A DNA stretch of 64,000 bases from Candidatus Levyibacteriota bacterium (GTDB taxonomy: Bacteria > Patescibacteriota > Microgenomatia > Levybacterales > UBA12049), in NCBI GenBank assembly GCA_029260965.1, contig JAJDCG010000001.1, positions 445,803-509,802 on the forward strand, in the 5' to 3' direction. Below are positions 36,588 through 45,534 of the stretch, one piece after another; the stretch's first letter is position 1, and each line of letters starts with the position of its first letter. The position numbers were made by a program, and so were the translations under genes. Under the pieces are notes generated by a model. The model worked only from the letters and a program-made list of their open reading frames with translations. It searched no databases and had not been told where the DNA came from.

Positions 36588-37690
36588 ATGAAGTTGTTGA
36601 TTGTTGCAGGGGGTGGGGGGCATTTTGCCCCAGCACTCTCCGTTATAGAAAAGCTCCCCAAAGATTGGGATTTGCTTCTTGTTGGGCGCAAGTACTCGTT
36701 GGAGGGGGATGCAGCACTGTCCCTAGAGTACCAGACTGCTGAGCGGATGCATATACCTTTTCGCATGCTTACAACTGGTAGGATACAACGGAAGCTTACA
36801 CGTCATAGTTTACTTTCTCTTCTCAAGACTCCCATTGGTATGGTTCAGGCCTTGAGCATATTGAGAGATTTCAAACCCGACGTCGTTTTGTCATTTGGAG
36901 GATATGTTGCAGTACCATTGGTTCTTGCTGCGCATTTTTTGAGAATTCCTATCATTATTCATGAGCAGACATTTGGTGCAGGACTTGCCAATAAAATTTC
37001 CAGCCGTTTCGCTGACAAAGTTTGTATATCTTGGGAGGAGTCTCGTAAATATTTTCCTAACGGGAAAGTTGTGGTAACAGGAAATCCTGTTCGAAAATTT
37101 CAAATTTCAAATTTCAAATTTCAGTAGACCTGCCACTTCTTTATGTAACAGGGGGGAGTGCCGGGGCGCATGGAGTTAATGTTCTTATCGAGGGGTGTCT
37201 AGAAGTGCTCCTTAAAAATTACAATATTATTCACCAGACAGGTGATGCACAAGAGTTTAAAGATTTTGATCGACTTAAAAACCTGAAAAACACATTGCCG
37301 AAAGATTTGCAAGAAAGGTATTTTTTAACAAAATTTGTAGACCCACAGGATATTTCAGGAATTTTGGAAAAAGCGGATCTTGTGATAAGTCGTTCGGGGA
37401 TAAATACGGTAACTGAAATCCTTTATTTTGGAAAACCATGCATTTTGATACCACTTCCTCATAGTCAGGCTCAAGAGCAAGAGATAAATGCTAGATTTGT
37501 TCAGGATCAAGGTCTTGGATTGGTGGCAGATCAGGGTAGCTTAAATCCAGAAAAATTAACAGCCATTATCCAGACGGTTTCAGGAAATCTTGATAAGTAT
37601 AAGAAAGCTGCAAAAAAGACGAAAAGTTTAATCAAAGAGGATGCATCTGATAGGATTATAAGTGTTGTTAAAAAATGCGTGAAAAAATAA
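36588..37690 (+). CDS. murG: MurG glycosyltransferase, frameshifted in the inter-domain linker at an (AAATTTC)4 tract
   Basis: 5' ORF 36588..37127 has GGGGH, GGYV, HEQ, TGNPVR. The -1 frame from 37124 reads VDLPLLYVTGGSAGAH...HQTG...SRSGINT..EQEINA to the stop at 37690. Confidence 0.9.
37095..37122 (+). repeat. Perfect heptamer tandem repeat (AAATTTC)x4 inside murG
   Basis: Four exact copies; 2 or 5 copies would restore the reading frame. Confidence 0.95.
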
Positions 37691-38109
37691 AAAGAAAAAA
37701 AAATTTAAGAAAAAATCAAAAATTCGAAAAAGTATTTATTATTATTGTTGTTGTCGTATCAATCGTTTTGGGAATAGGTAGCTTTTTTTTATTTCAACAA
37801 ATTAACAGTAGTTATAAATACCTCAGTCCCCTTGCAAACAGTTCTTCGATGACAGATGAATCAAGAGAAGTTAAAAAAAGTCAGGTAGAAGAATTGCTTT
37901 TGAAACAAAAAATAAAGTTTGATAGTGTGTCTGCATCAAGTAGCGCGATAATTGTGCAGTTTGAGGATGATTCTGTCGCGATTTTGTCAACTAAAAAAGA
38001 GATGAAAAAACAAATATCCTCTTTACAATTCATACTTACTAGGCTTACAATGGAAGGTAGGTCGTTTACACGACTTGATATGCGTTTTGACAAGCCAGTC
38101 ATACGTTAG
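37675..38109 (+). CDS. Minimal FtsQ/DivIB-like protein
   Basis: Basic N-terminus, one TM, C-terminal LDMRFDKPVIR resembling the FtsQ end; located between murG and ftsA. Confidence 0.6.
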   Translation: MREKIKRKKNLRKNQKFEKVFIIIVVVVSIVLGIGSFFLFQQINSSYKYLSPLANSSSMTDESREVKKSQVEELLLKQKIKFDSVSASSSAIIVQFEDDSVAILSTKKEMKKQISSLQFILTRLTMEGRSFTRLDMRFDKPVIR

Positions 38110-38119
38110 TTTTTTTGTT

Positions 38120-39421
38120 ATGAATGATGGAAAAATAATAGTCGGAATTGACGTTGGGACGTACAAGATAGTAACTGTAATAGCACGAGTAACAGAGGAT
38201 TCTATCAATGTGCTTGGTGCATCTGAAGTCAAATCACAGGGAATTAAAAGAGGCCAGGTAGTTGACATTGAAGAAGCGGTAGTTGCTATAAATAATTCAC
38301 TGGAAGGTGCGGAGCGAATGGCTGGATATAGTGCTTCGCATGTAATTGTATCCTTGAGTGGTTCACAAATTGAATGTCAAAATTCTCGTGGGGTTGTGGC
38401 TGTCTCGACGCCAGAGGGTGAAATAACAAGTGCAGATCTAGCGCGGGTAATAGATGCTGCAAAAGCCGTATCTGTCCCATCTACTCGTGAGATAATTCAT
38501 GTTCTTCCCAGGAGTTTCATAGTTGATGGCCAGGAAGGCATCAAAGATCCTGTTGGGATGTCAGGAACTAGACTTGAGGTTGATACCCATATCATTACTG
38601 CAAATAGTGTCTCAATCCGCAATCTGGAAAAGGCTTTTTCAGAGGTGGGTGTTGATGTTGATAGTTTTTCTCACTCAGGTTATGCCAGTTCTCTTGCAAC
38701 ACTTTCCGATACTGAGCGTGAGCTTGGGGTAGTATTGGTTGATATGGGAGCTGGAACTACAGATATTTCTATATATGTTGATGGGTCTGTTGCCTATTCA
38801 TCAGTACTCGCAATAGGCGCGCGTCACGTTACAAATGATTTGGCTATAGGGCTGAGGATCTCGATTGAGTCAGCTGAGAGAATAAAGCTTTTCCTGTCAG
38901 AGGCTACCTCAGGTAGAAAAGTAATTCGCGTTGGGGATGAAAAAGAAGATGAAGAGGGTCATCAATCAAATCCTGATGAGATAGATCTTACATCTTTAAA
39001 TCTTTCAGAAGAGATACGTAAAGTCTCAAAAAAAACTTTAGTAGAAGGCATTATCAGGCCTAGGCTAAATGAGATTTGTACGATGATAGGTATGGAGATC
39101 AGAAAATCAGGTTTTGGAGGACAGACGCCTGCTGGGGTTGTGATAACGGGTGGGGGTGCACTCACGGTTGGTATCAAGGAGGCAGCGCGTCGTACTCTAG
39201 CTATGCCAGTGAGGATAGGTGTTCCGACTGAGGTAAAAGGTATTATTGACGAGGTGCAGCATCCTGCATTTTCGACAAGCATCGGTCTTATCCGTTACGG
39301 TGCCAGTAACGTTAGGGCTTCCAAATCTTCTTTCCACTTGCCAATTCCTGGTGTATCCAAACTCGGCGGACAGAAATTTTTCAAAAAAGTTCTCAACCTC
39401 ATAAAATCATTTATACCTTAG
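38120..39421 (+). CDS. ftsA: Cell division protein FtsA
   Basis: Start placed at MNDGK; [23 protein letters not shown]-terminal amphipathic helix. Confidence 0.95.
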   Translation: MNDGKIIVGIDVGTYKIVTVIARVTEDSINVLGASEVKSQGIKRGQVVDIEEAVVAINNSLEGAERMAGYSASHVIVSLSGSQIECQNSRGVVAVSTPEGEITSADLARVIDAAKAVSVPSTREIIHVLPRSFIVDGQEGIKDPVGMSGTRLEVDTHIITANSVSIRNLEKAFSEVGVDVDSFSHSGYASSLATLSDTERELGVVLVDMGAGTTDISIYVDGSVAYSSVLAIGARHVTNDLAIGLRISIESAERIKLFLSEATSGRKVIRVGDEKEDEEGHQSNPDEIDLTSLNLSEEIRKVSKKTLVEGIIRPRLNEICTMIGMEIRKSGFGGQTPAGVVITGGGALTVGIKEAARRTLAMPVRIGVPTEVKGIIDEVQHPAFSTSIGLIRYGASNVRASKSSFHLPIPGVSKLGGQKFFKKVLNLIKSFIP

Positions 39422-39491
39422 ATTTTCCTATATTTTTCTCTATTGCATTTGGTATCCACATCTGGTAGGATTTGGTCAAACTAAACACTAT

Positions 39492-40670
39492 ATGTTAATT
39501 CGTCCTCAATCAACAAATTCTGCCAAAATAAGAGTTGTCGGTATTGGCGGTGGGGGTACCAATGCGATTAATTCTATGATTGCCAATAGTTCCATAAGTG
39601 GTGTTGATTTCGTCGCTATCAACACAGACTCCCAAGCACTTCTTTTGAACAAAGCCGATTCCAAAATCCAAATAGGTGAGAATATTACCAAGGGTCTCGG
39701 ATCAGGAGGAGATCCAGAGATGGGAAGACAAGCAGCTGAAGAATCAGCAGAAAAAATAAAGAATATGCTTGAGGGATCAGACATGGTTTTTCTCACAGCA
39801 GGTATGGGTGGAGGAACAGGGACAGGAGCAACATCTGTTGTCGCCAGCATTGCAAAGGAAATAGGAGCACTGACAGTAGTTGTTGTAACCAAGCCGTTTC
39901 TTTTTGAAGGGACTCGTCGCATGGTTACAGCAGAAGAAGGTCTGGAGAGTCTTAAGGACAAAGCAGACACACTCATAGTTATTCCTAACCAGAGAATATT
40001 AGATGTGGTGGACCGTAAGCTCTCGCTTCTGGATGCATTCAAAGTGGCTGATAGCGTACTTACACAGGGAGTTCAGGGAATATCAGAAATAATTACACAA
40101 CCAGGACTTATAAATGTTGATTTTGCTGACGTACGCACGATTATGTCTGATGCTGGATCATCATTGATGGGGATTGGGTCTGGAATTGGTGAGAACAGAG
40201 CAGAATCAGCAGCGCGTGCAGCTATTTCAAGTCCGCTACTTGAGCTTTCTATGGATGGAGCTCGTGGGGTTCTTTTCAACATAGTCGGTGGTGAGGATCT
40301 AACCATGACAGAGGTTGATGAGGCAGCAAAGATTATTTCCAATGCAGCAGATCCAGATGCAAATATTATATTTGGTGCAACTATTGACGAGACCATGCAT
40401 GACCAGATCCGCATCACGGTGGTGGCAACTGGATTTGACCAGAACAAACAGCGACTGCAACAGTTCATGGTAGAACAGCCTGATCCACAGGTAGTCAGAA
40501 ATCAACAGGGAGCAAATCAAAACCAGAACCCATCCCAACAGGCAGTAGGTGAAAATGGGTCATCTGAGGATCAGGATTCTGGTAATAATGGAGATCCAGT
40601 AGTTACTAAAAAAGAAGAAAGCACAGAAGACGATTGGGACATCCCCGCATTCCTGAGGCAAAGGAATTAG
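39492..40670 (+). CDS. ftsZ: Cell division protein FtsZ
   Basis: [17 protein letters not shown]-terminal DIPAFLR. Confidence 0.98.
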   Translation: MLIRPQSTNSAKIRVVGIGGGGTNAINSMIANSSISGVDFVAINTDSQALLLNKADSKIQIGENITKGLGSGGDPEMGRQAAEESAEKIKNMLEGSDMVFLTAGMGGGTGTGATSVVASIAKEIGALTVVVVTKPFLFEGTRRMVTAEEGLESLKDKADTLIVIPNQRILDVVDRKLSLLDAFKVADSVLTQGVQGISEIITQPGLINVDFADVRTIMSDAGSSLMGIGSGIGENRAESAARAAISSPLLELSMDGARGVLFNIVGGEDLTMTEVDEAAKIISNAADPDANIIFGATIDETMHDQIRITVVATGFDQNKQRLQQFMVEQPDPQVVRNQQGANQNQNPSQQAVGENGSSEDQDSGNNGDPVVTKKEESTEDDWDIPAFLRQRN

Positions 40671-41647
40671 CTTAGTTCTTCAATCAGGCTTTTGTGCCCC
40701 AAGCTTATCCAATATTCTGTTTCTTTAGTATCGTTCCTGTTTATATACTTTTCTTGGTAACCTCCGAGGAGCTCCATTGCAACACCAGCTACTGTGTAAT
40801 CGTATAGCCATTTTCGTTCCTGTGGAGTTAATTTATTAAATTTATCATACTCATTTGCTATTAGCTCTATGCGGCTTCTCAGTGTCATTACGCTATTGTC
40901 ATCATGCATGAGATTTGCTGCTATTACTGCAATTTCTTGAATTCGTGGATACCAGTTAGCTACAGAAAAATCTAAAATATAAATATCTCCTTTTTTGCTC
41001 TTCAAGACATTCGCTTTTGTAAAATCTCCATGGACAAATGCATGTGGTAAATCGTCAGCGGGGATTGACTTATATCTTTTTATTGTTTGTTCTACGAGAG
41101 GTATGTCTTCTGGTTTTAAGTATTGTTTTGTTTTATCAAACAGTATTTGAATATTTGGGATTGCCCAACTATCGAAAATATATGTTGGTTTGTAGTCAAT
41201 TTTATTCACTTTTGCAGCTTGTTCAATAATTGATTTTCTTTCTTCATTATTTGGGGGACGATTTAGCTCAAAAAAAGTATTCCCATCTATATAATCCATT
41301 AATATAAGATTTAATCCGTTTGCTTGTTTGTCCGAATAAACAATACCACCATCGTGTTTTTGGAGGAGAGATGGGTGATTAACTCCAGAGGCGATTGCCC
41401 GTTCCATGATGGTGGTGTATCGATCTATATCCTCTGGAGTTCTGTCTTTCTGAAAGATTTTTGCTAGGTATTTATCTTTCCCTACATATATTATGACATT
41501 GCAGTCTTCATATCCAACTTCAATAACAGAAAAATCATCAGGTATTCCTATCGTATACGCTTTACTAAGTCTGTTGATAACTGGTTTGAGGTCTCCTGAA
41601 TAATTAAGTCTATTTATAGGCGTTCTTTTATTAATTTTTCCTGTCAT
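40667..41647 (-). CDS. APH/choline kinase-family phosphotransferase (type II homoserine kinase-like)
   Basis: [16 protein letters not shown] (Brenner motif), ILDF. Confidence 0.85.
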   Translation of the reverse strand: MTGKINKRTPINRLNYSGDLKPVINRLSKAYTIGIPDDFSVIEVGYEDCNVIIYVGKDKYLAKIFQKDRTPEDIDRYTTIMERAIASGVNHPSLLQKHDGGIVYSDKQANGLNLILMDYIDGNTFFELNRPPNNEERKSIIEQAAKVNKIDYKPTYIFDSWAIPNIQILFDKTKQYLKPEDIPLVEQTIKRYKSIPADDLPHAFVHGDFTKANVLKSKKGDIYILDFSVANWYPRIQEIAVIAANLMHDDNSVMTLRSRIELIANEYDKFNKLTPQERKWLYDYTVAGVAMELLGGYQEKYINRNDTKETEYWISLGHKSLIEELS

Positions 41648-41711
41648 AGTGTAATTATATCAAGATATACTTAAATTATCTAACGGGAAGACATTTGTTA
41701 TAATTAATCCG

Positions 41712-41765
41712 ATGAAGAATAACATTTTATATATCCTAACAGGGAGGTCGTCTACTGGGAAATGA
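41712..41765 (+). pseudogene. 5' stub of a probable P-loop NTPase/kinase gene
   Basis: TGTTATAAT, 7 nt, then MKNNILYILTGRSSTGK*; resembles a beta-strand + Walker A start. Confidence 0.45.
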
Positions 41766-41910
41766 TGCTACTCACCCAGACCCGAGTGATGAAGGCGTAT
41801 CAATGGAGGAGGCAAGGGACGTAATACAATTTTTAGATTATTTAACTGAATATCTTTTTGACCTTCCCAAAAGGATTACTGATTATAGAAACCGATCGGA
41901 AAGAGAATAA
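41749..41910 (+). pseudogene. 3' remnant of a DUF4145/HEPN-like gene
   Basis: Frame reads RLLGNDATHPDPSDEGVSMEEARDVIQFLDYLTEYLFDLPKRITDYRNRSERE*; R..GN.A.H motif; blocked upstream by TAA at 41737. Confidence 0.65.
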
Positions 41911-42082
41911 AAATATCTCATAATAAATTAGCTAGCCTTGAGAGAATTTTAATCTATATAATTTAGCCTCAAATATATGTCGTACTAGCTCCATTATGCG
42001 ACATAAATTAGGAATGCGAATAAATACTTTGTTTACAATATTACTTCTGAAAAGAGACAGCAATGATGATATAATTTGCTAA

Positions 42083-44143
42083 ATGTCCATACAGAAACAA
42101 GTAAAAATAAATAATGCTAGCGTAGAGCAAGCTGGCTTATCAAGAGATTTTTCAGCAGACATAGCGGAATTCATTTGGAATGGATTCGATGCAGGAGCAA
42201 GTGAGGTAAGAATTGCTTATATAATAAATGAAATTAAAGGGGTAGAATCTTTATCTATTGAAGATAACGGAGAGGGAATTGATTACTCTACAATAGAGAA
42301 AACGTTTGGAATTTTATTAGACTCAAGTAAGAGTTCTCTTGCGGGATCATCATCATACGTTCACGGCAAAAGAGGAATTGGGCGTTTTTCTTTTAAGTAT
42401 TTTGCTCACATTGCAGAATGGATTAGTGTTTTCAAAAAGGATAATAAAAAATATCGTTTTTCTATTAAAATCTCAGCAGACAATAAAGAAAAGTATTCTA
42501 TATCAGATGATCTGGAAGATGTTAAAGATGTTGACATTTCTACCGGATGCAGGGTGAACTTTTCAGTTCTTAACGATTCTTCCGTTAATGAGTTAGTCAC
42601 CCCTTCATTCATTGAATCATTGAGGAGAGAATTCGGTTGGTATCTTCATCTGAATAAAGAACGAGGGTTTAAGCTGTTTATAAATGATAAGGTTTTGGAC
42701 TATGAATCAAGCATTATAGATAGTGACGAAAAGAAGGTAAAAATATCTCATGGTAAAGAATCCTATATCTTTGGCTTAAATTATATTGAATGGAAGAAGA
42801 ATACAGGAGATGATTATTATTATAATTATTTTCTAGACACAAACTATATAGAAAAAGGCAAAAAAACAACCTCGTTCAATAAAAATGGGATTAATTTTCA
42901 TCATAGCGTTTATATAGTTAGTAGTTTTTTTGAAAATTACAGTCCATCATCAAACAAGCAGGAAAATAAAAGTAGTTTGTTTGAAGACGATTTTATTTTT
43001 AAGGAGCTTAATAAGGAGCTGCACCTTTTCTTACAAGAAAAACAAAAGAAATTTATAAATAGAAATGCGGAAATTTTAATACAGGAGCTTGAACAGGAAA
43101 AAGTTTTCCCTGAATTTGAAAATAATGAATTAGGAGAAGACAGAAAAAGAGAATTTGTTAACTTAACAAAATCACTTTATCGTTTAGAGCCAAAGTTATT
43201 TATAAAGGTGAGCCCCTTACAAAAAAGATCGTTTCTTTCTTTTCTAAAACTTTCGATTGACTCAAATGAAAGAGAAAATGTAGTAAAAATTATTGAATCT
43301 ATTGTTGATATGACAGCAGAAGAAAGGGCAGAGCTTGCAAAAATATTGCAAGTTACAACTTTAAGCAATATAGTTTATGTTATGAAAGATATTGTAGGTA
43401 GAATAAAAAATGTAGAAATACTTAAAAGCCTAGTTAATGATTTTGAAAAGTATACTAACGAAAGAGATAATATTCAAAAAATAATGGAGAAATGTTTCTG
43501 GTTATTTGGAGAACAATATACTGTTGTTTCATCAGACAAGAGTTTTACCTCGGCTTTGCAGAAATATTACATAGACATATTGAATGAAGATTTATCTCAT
43601 GAATTAAAATTATCTCTAGATCATAAGGATAGTAAAAAAAGACCAGACCTATTCCTTTGCAGGCAATATCCCCTCACCCAGACGCCTACACGCCTTTCTG
43701 AAGACAATATAATTATAGAATTAAAAAGACCAAGTGTAGATATAGGCATTACTCAAATGAGGCAATTAGAGGATTATATGGATTTTATAGTTAAGAGTTC
43801 AAATTTTAGTGGCACAATTCGCAACTGGAAATTTTATATTGTTGGTAAAAATTTAACAGGTGAGGTACAAGCTCGTGTTGATGAGAATAAAAATAAAGGA
43901 GAAGAGCAATTTCTTTATCTAAGAATAAAGAATTTTGCTATATATGCATTGAATTGGGATGATTTATTCCAGTCATTTAAGTTAAAAGCTGGATTTATCC
44001 TTAGCAAACTAGATATAAAAACAGAAGTGATAATTGATGAATTAAAAAAGGAGAATATATCGCCGGCAGGCATGCCTGATTATTTGACAAAAATAGTATC
44101 TAATGAGAAATCTGTTTCTTCTCCTCCCGCAAATCCTATGTAA
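42083..44143 (+). CDS. GHKL (MORC-like) ATPase fused to a PD-(D/E)XK nuclease; putative single-gene anti-phage system
   Basis: EFIWNGFDA (N box), DNGEG (G1), GKRGIGRF (G2), TG (G3). C-terminal E..IQK.ME..FWLFGEQY, RPDL, IELKRP, Q...Y. Very AT-rich. Confidence 0.82.
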   Translation: MSIQKQVKINNASVEQAGLSRDFSADIAEFIWNGFDAGASEVRIAYIINEIKGVESLSIEDNGEGIDYSTIEKTFGILLDSSKSSLAGSSSYVHGKRGIGRFSFKYFAHIAEWISVFKKDNKKYRFSIKISADNKEKYSISDDLEDVKDVDISTGCRVNFSVLNDSSVNELVTPSFIESLRREFGWYLHLNKERGFKLFINDKVLDYESSIIDSDEKKVKISHGKESYIFGLNYIEWKKNTGDDYYYNYFLDTNYIEKGKKTTSFNKNGINFHHSVYIVSSFFENYSPSSNKQENKSSLFEDDFIFKELNKELHLFLQEKQKKFINRNAEILIQELEQEKVFPEFENNELGEDRKREFVNLTKSLYRLEPKLFIKVSPLQKRSFLSFLKLSIDSNERENVVKIIESIVDMTAEERAELAKILQVTTLSNIVYVMKDIVGRIKNVEILKSLVNDFEKYTNERDNIQKIMEKCFWLFGEQYTVVSSDKSFTSALQKYYIDILNEDLSHELKLSLDHKDSKKRPDLFLCRQYPLTQTPTRLSEDNIIIELKRPSVDIGITQMRQLEDYMDFIVKSSNFSGTIRNWKFYIVGKNLTGEVQARVDENKNKGEEQFLYLRIKNFAIYALNWDDLFQSFKLKAGFILSKLDIKTEVIIDELKKENISPAGMPDYLTKIVSNEKSVSSPPANPM

Positions 44144-44165
44144 TTAGTGTTCGGATAGTTTAGTA

Positions 44166-44194
44166 TTGACTTAGATGTTTTTCTCTGTTAAATT
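44166..44194 (+). promoter_or_regulatory. Sigma70-type promoter with no downstream + strand ORF
   Basis: TTGACT, 17 nt (ending TGt), TAAATT. Confidence 0.55.
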
Positions 44195-44200
44195 CTACTT

Positions 44201-44310
44201 GTACTTTGATGACATAGAAAGGCTATTTATTCAAAGGTGCTTTTTGGAAAACCTGAAGCGAGACATGGGGTTTGTCTATAAAATCCCCGCATTTCTAAGA
44301 CAGAGAAATT
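44201..44310 (+). ncRNA. Candidate structured small RNA (hairpin + possible H-type pseudoknot + hairpin)
   Basis: Hairpin 44201-44240 followed by T5; AGACA/TGTCT stem whose loop GGGG can pair with downstream CCCC after ATAAAAT; ATTTCT/AGAAAT hairpin. Confidence 0.35.
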
Positions 44311-44315
44311 GAGCT

Positions 44316-45443
44316 TTACTTCCCCCGGGGTTTTTTGGTGATAGGGAGTTCTATTGTGAATGTCGATCCTGCTCCTTCACGGCTTTGGATTTTTATATTT
44401 CCACGATGTGCCTTTATTATTTGTGACGTGATATAGAGCCCGACACCCAGGCCTTTGTGTCCGTTGGCATTTCCACGTTCAAATCTTTCAAAAATCCGTT
44501 CCTTTTCATCTGTAGGTATACCTATTCCCTGATCAATAACTGTAATATACGCATTTGATCTACGTTTTTCAGTTCTTATTTCAATGGGTTTCCCCTCGCC
44601 ATATTTGATTGCGTTTGCGAGCAGGTTGCTTATAGCTTGTTCAATTCTTAGTTTGTCCCAGTAGCCATTGATTGGTCCCTTGATATCCAATTTTATTTTA
44701 TATCCATCATGTTTGATTTTTTCACTAAATCTATCTGCTACATCTTTGGTTAGTTTCGCAATGTCAATTTCTTCCTTTTCCAGGCTCAGCTTGCCTGTTG
44801 TGATGAGAGAGACGTTGAGAAGATCGCTTATCATACGTGAGAGACGAAGCGATTGTTGCTCAGTGCTTTCAAGCATTTTCATCAGCTTGGCAACGGAGAA
44901 ATTGGCAAGTGAGACACTTTTTATATTATGTAGCGCAGTCTGGAGCTGGAGGAGCATAGCTGAGAGCGGTGTTTTGAGTTCATGGGAAGCGATAGATAGG
45001 AATTCATCTCTGGCCTGGATTTCTTTTTTGTCTTTTATTTTTTCAGCCTGAAGCTTCTCGATTAGTGCTAGATTTTCCTTCTCTCTTTTTTTGAATGCAG
45101 CGGATTCATTCGTATTTGCTAGTTTGTCGATTAAGAGGCAGGTAATGTAACCAGCAATTATAAAAATTACAGTCCGTACCAAAAATACCGCGAAGCTGGA
45201 AGAAGAGTTATTTGGGAAAAAGAAAAAGTAGTATGAGCCAAGCGTGATGAGTATTATGCTAAAGATTCCAGCGCGTATTCCCCTTAGATAAGCAGCAATC
45301 ACTATTGCCAGGAAGTTGAAAGCAAAAAAATTATCTCCAGTAATTGGTAAAAAAGCCCATGTAAGACCAATTGAAGCAATACCTATGAATGTTGCAACTC
45401 CATAAGTATTGAAAAAATTACGTACGTTTTCTTTACTTATCAT
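44316..45443 (-). CDS. Membrane sensor histidine kinase (DUF4118-like TM domain + HisKA + HATPase_c)
   Basis: ASHELKTPL, NLLANAIKY, DQGIG, GLGVGL, GSTF; start placed at MISKEN so it does not overlap ileS. Confidence 0.92.
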   Translation of the reverse strand: MISKENVRNFFNTYGVATFIGIASIGLTWAFLPITGDNFFAFNFLAIVIAAYLRGIRAGIFSIILITLGSYYFFFFPNNSSSSFAVFLVRTVIFIIAGYITCLLIDKLANTNESAAFKKREKENLALIEKLQAEKIKDKKEIQARDEFLSIASHELKTPLSAMLLQLQTALHNIKSVSLANFSVAKLMKMLESTEQQSLRLSRMISDLLNVSLITTGKLSLEKEEIDIAKLTKDVADRFSEKIKHDGYKIKLDIKGPINGYWDKLRIEQAISNLLANAIKYGEGKPIEIRTEKRRSNAYITVIDQGIGIPTDEKERIFERFERGNANGHKGLGVGLYITSQIIKAHRGNIKIQSREGAGSTFTIELPITKKPRGK

Positions 45444-45498
45444 ACGTTTATTGATATCCACAATATAGCACAAATACCCTAAAAGTCCAGTAGTGAGC

Positions 45499-45527
45499 TT
45501 GAATAAATTGGGAATTTGAACTAGAAT
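45499..45527 (+). promoter_or_regulatory. Sigma70-type promoter of ileS, leaderless-type
   Basis: TTGAAT, 17 nt, TAGAAT, then ATG 7 nt later. Confidence 0.65.
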
Positions 45528-45534
45528 TAAGCAT

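Noticed and set aside
37205-37690. Independent gene for the MurG C-terminal half (Alg13-like split)
   Set aside because: The GTG start lies downstream of the GGSAGA motif, so the product would lack it; a frameshift explains the data better.
39506-40538. Long antisense ORFs over ftsZ (similarly over ftsA, rodA, ileS, atpA and the histidine kinase)
   Set aside because: Shadow frames of conserved genes, with no motifs or promoters.
44201-44310. tmRNA, SRP RNA, hammerhead ribozyme or preQ1 riboswitch
   Set aside because: No tRNA-like ends or tag ORF, no SRP helix-8 motif, no CUGANGA-stem-GAAA core; the loop lacks the preQ1 specificity C and there is no downstream sense gene.
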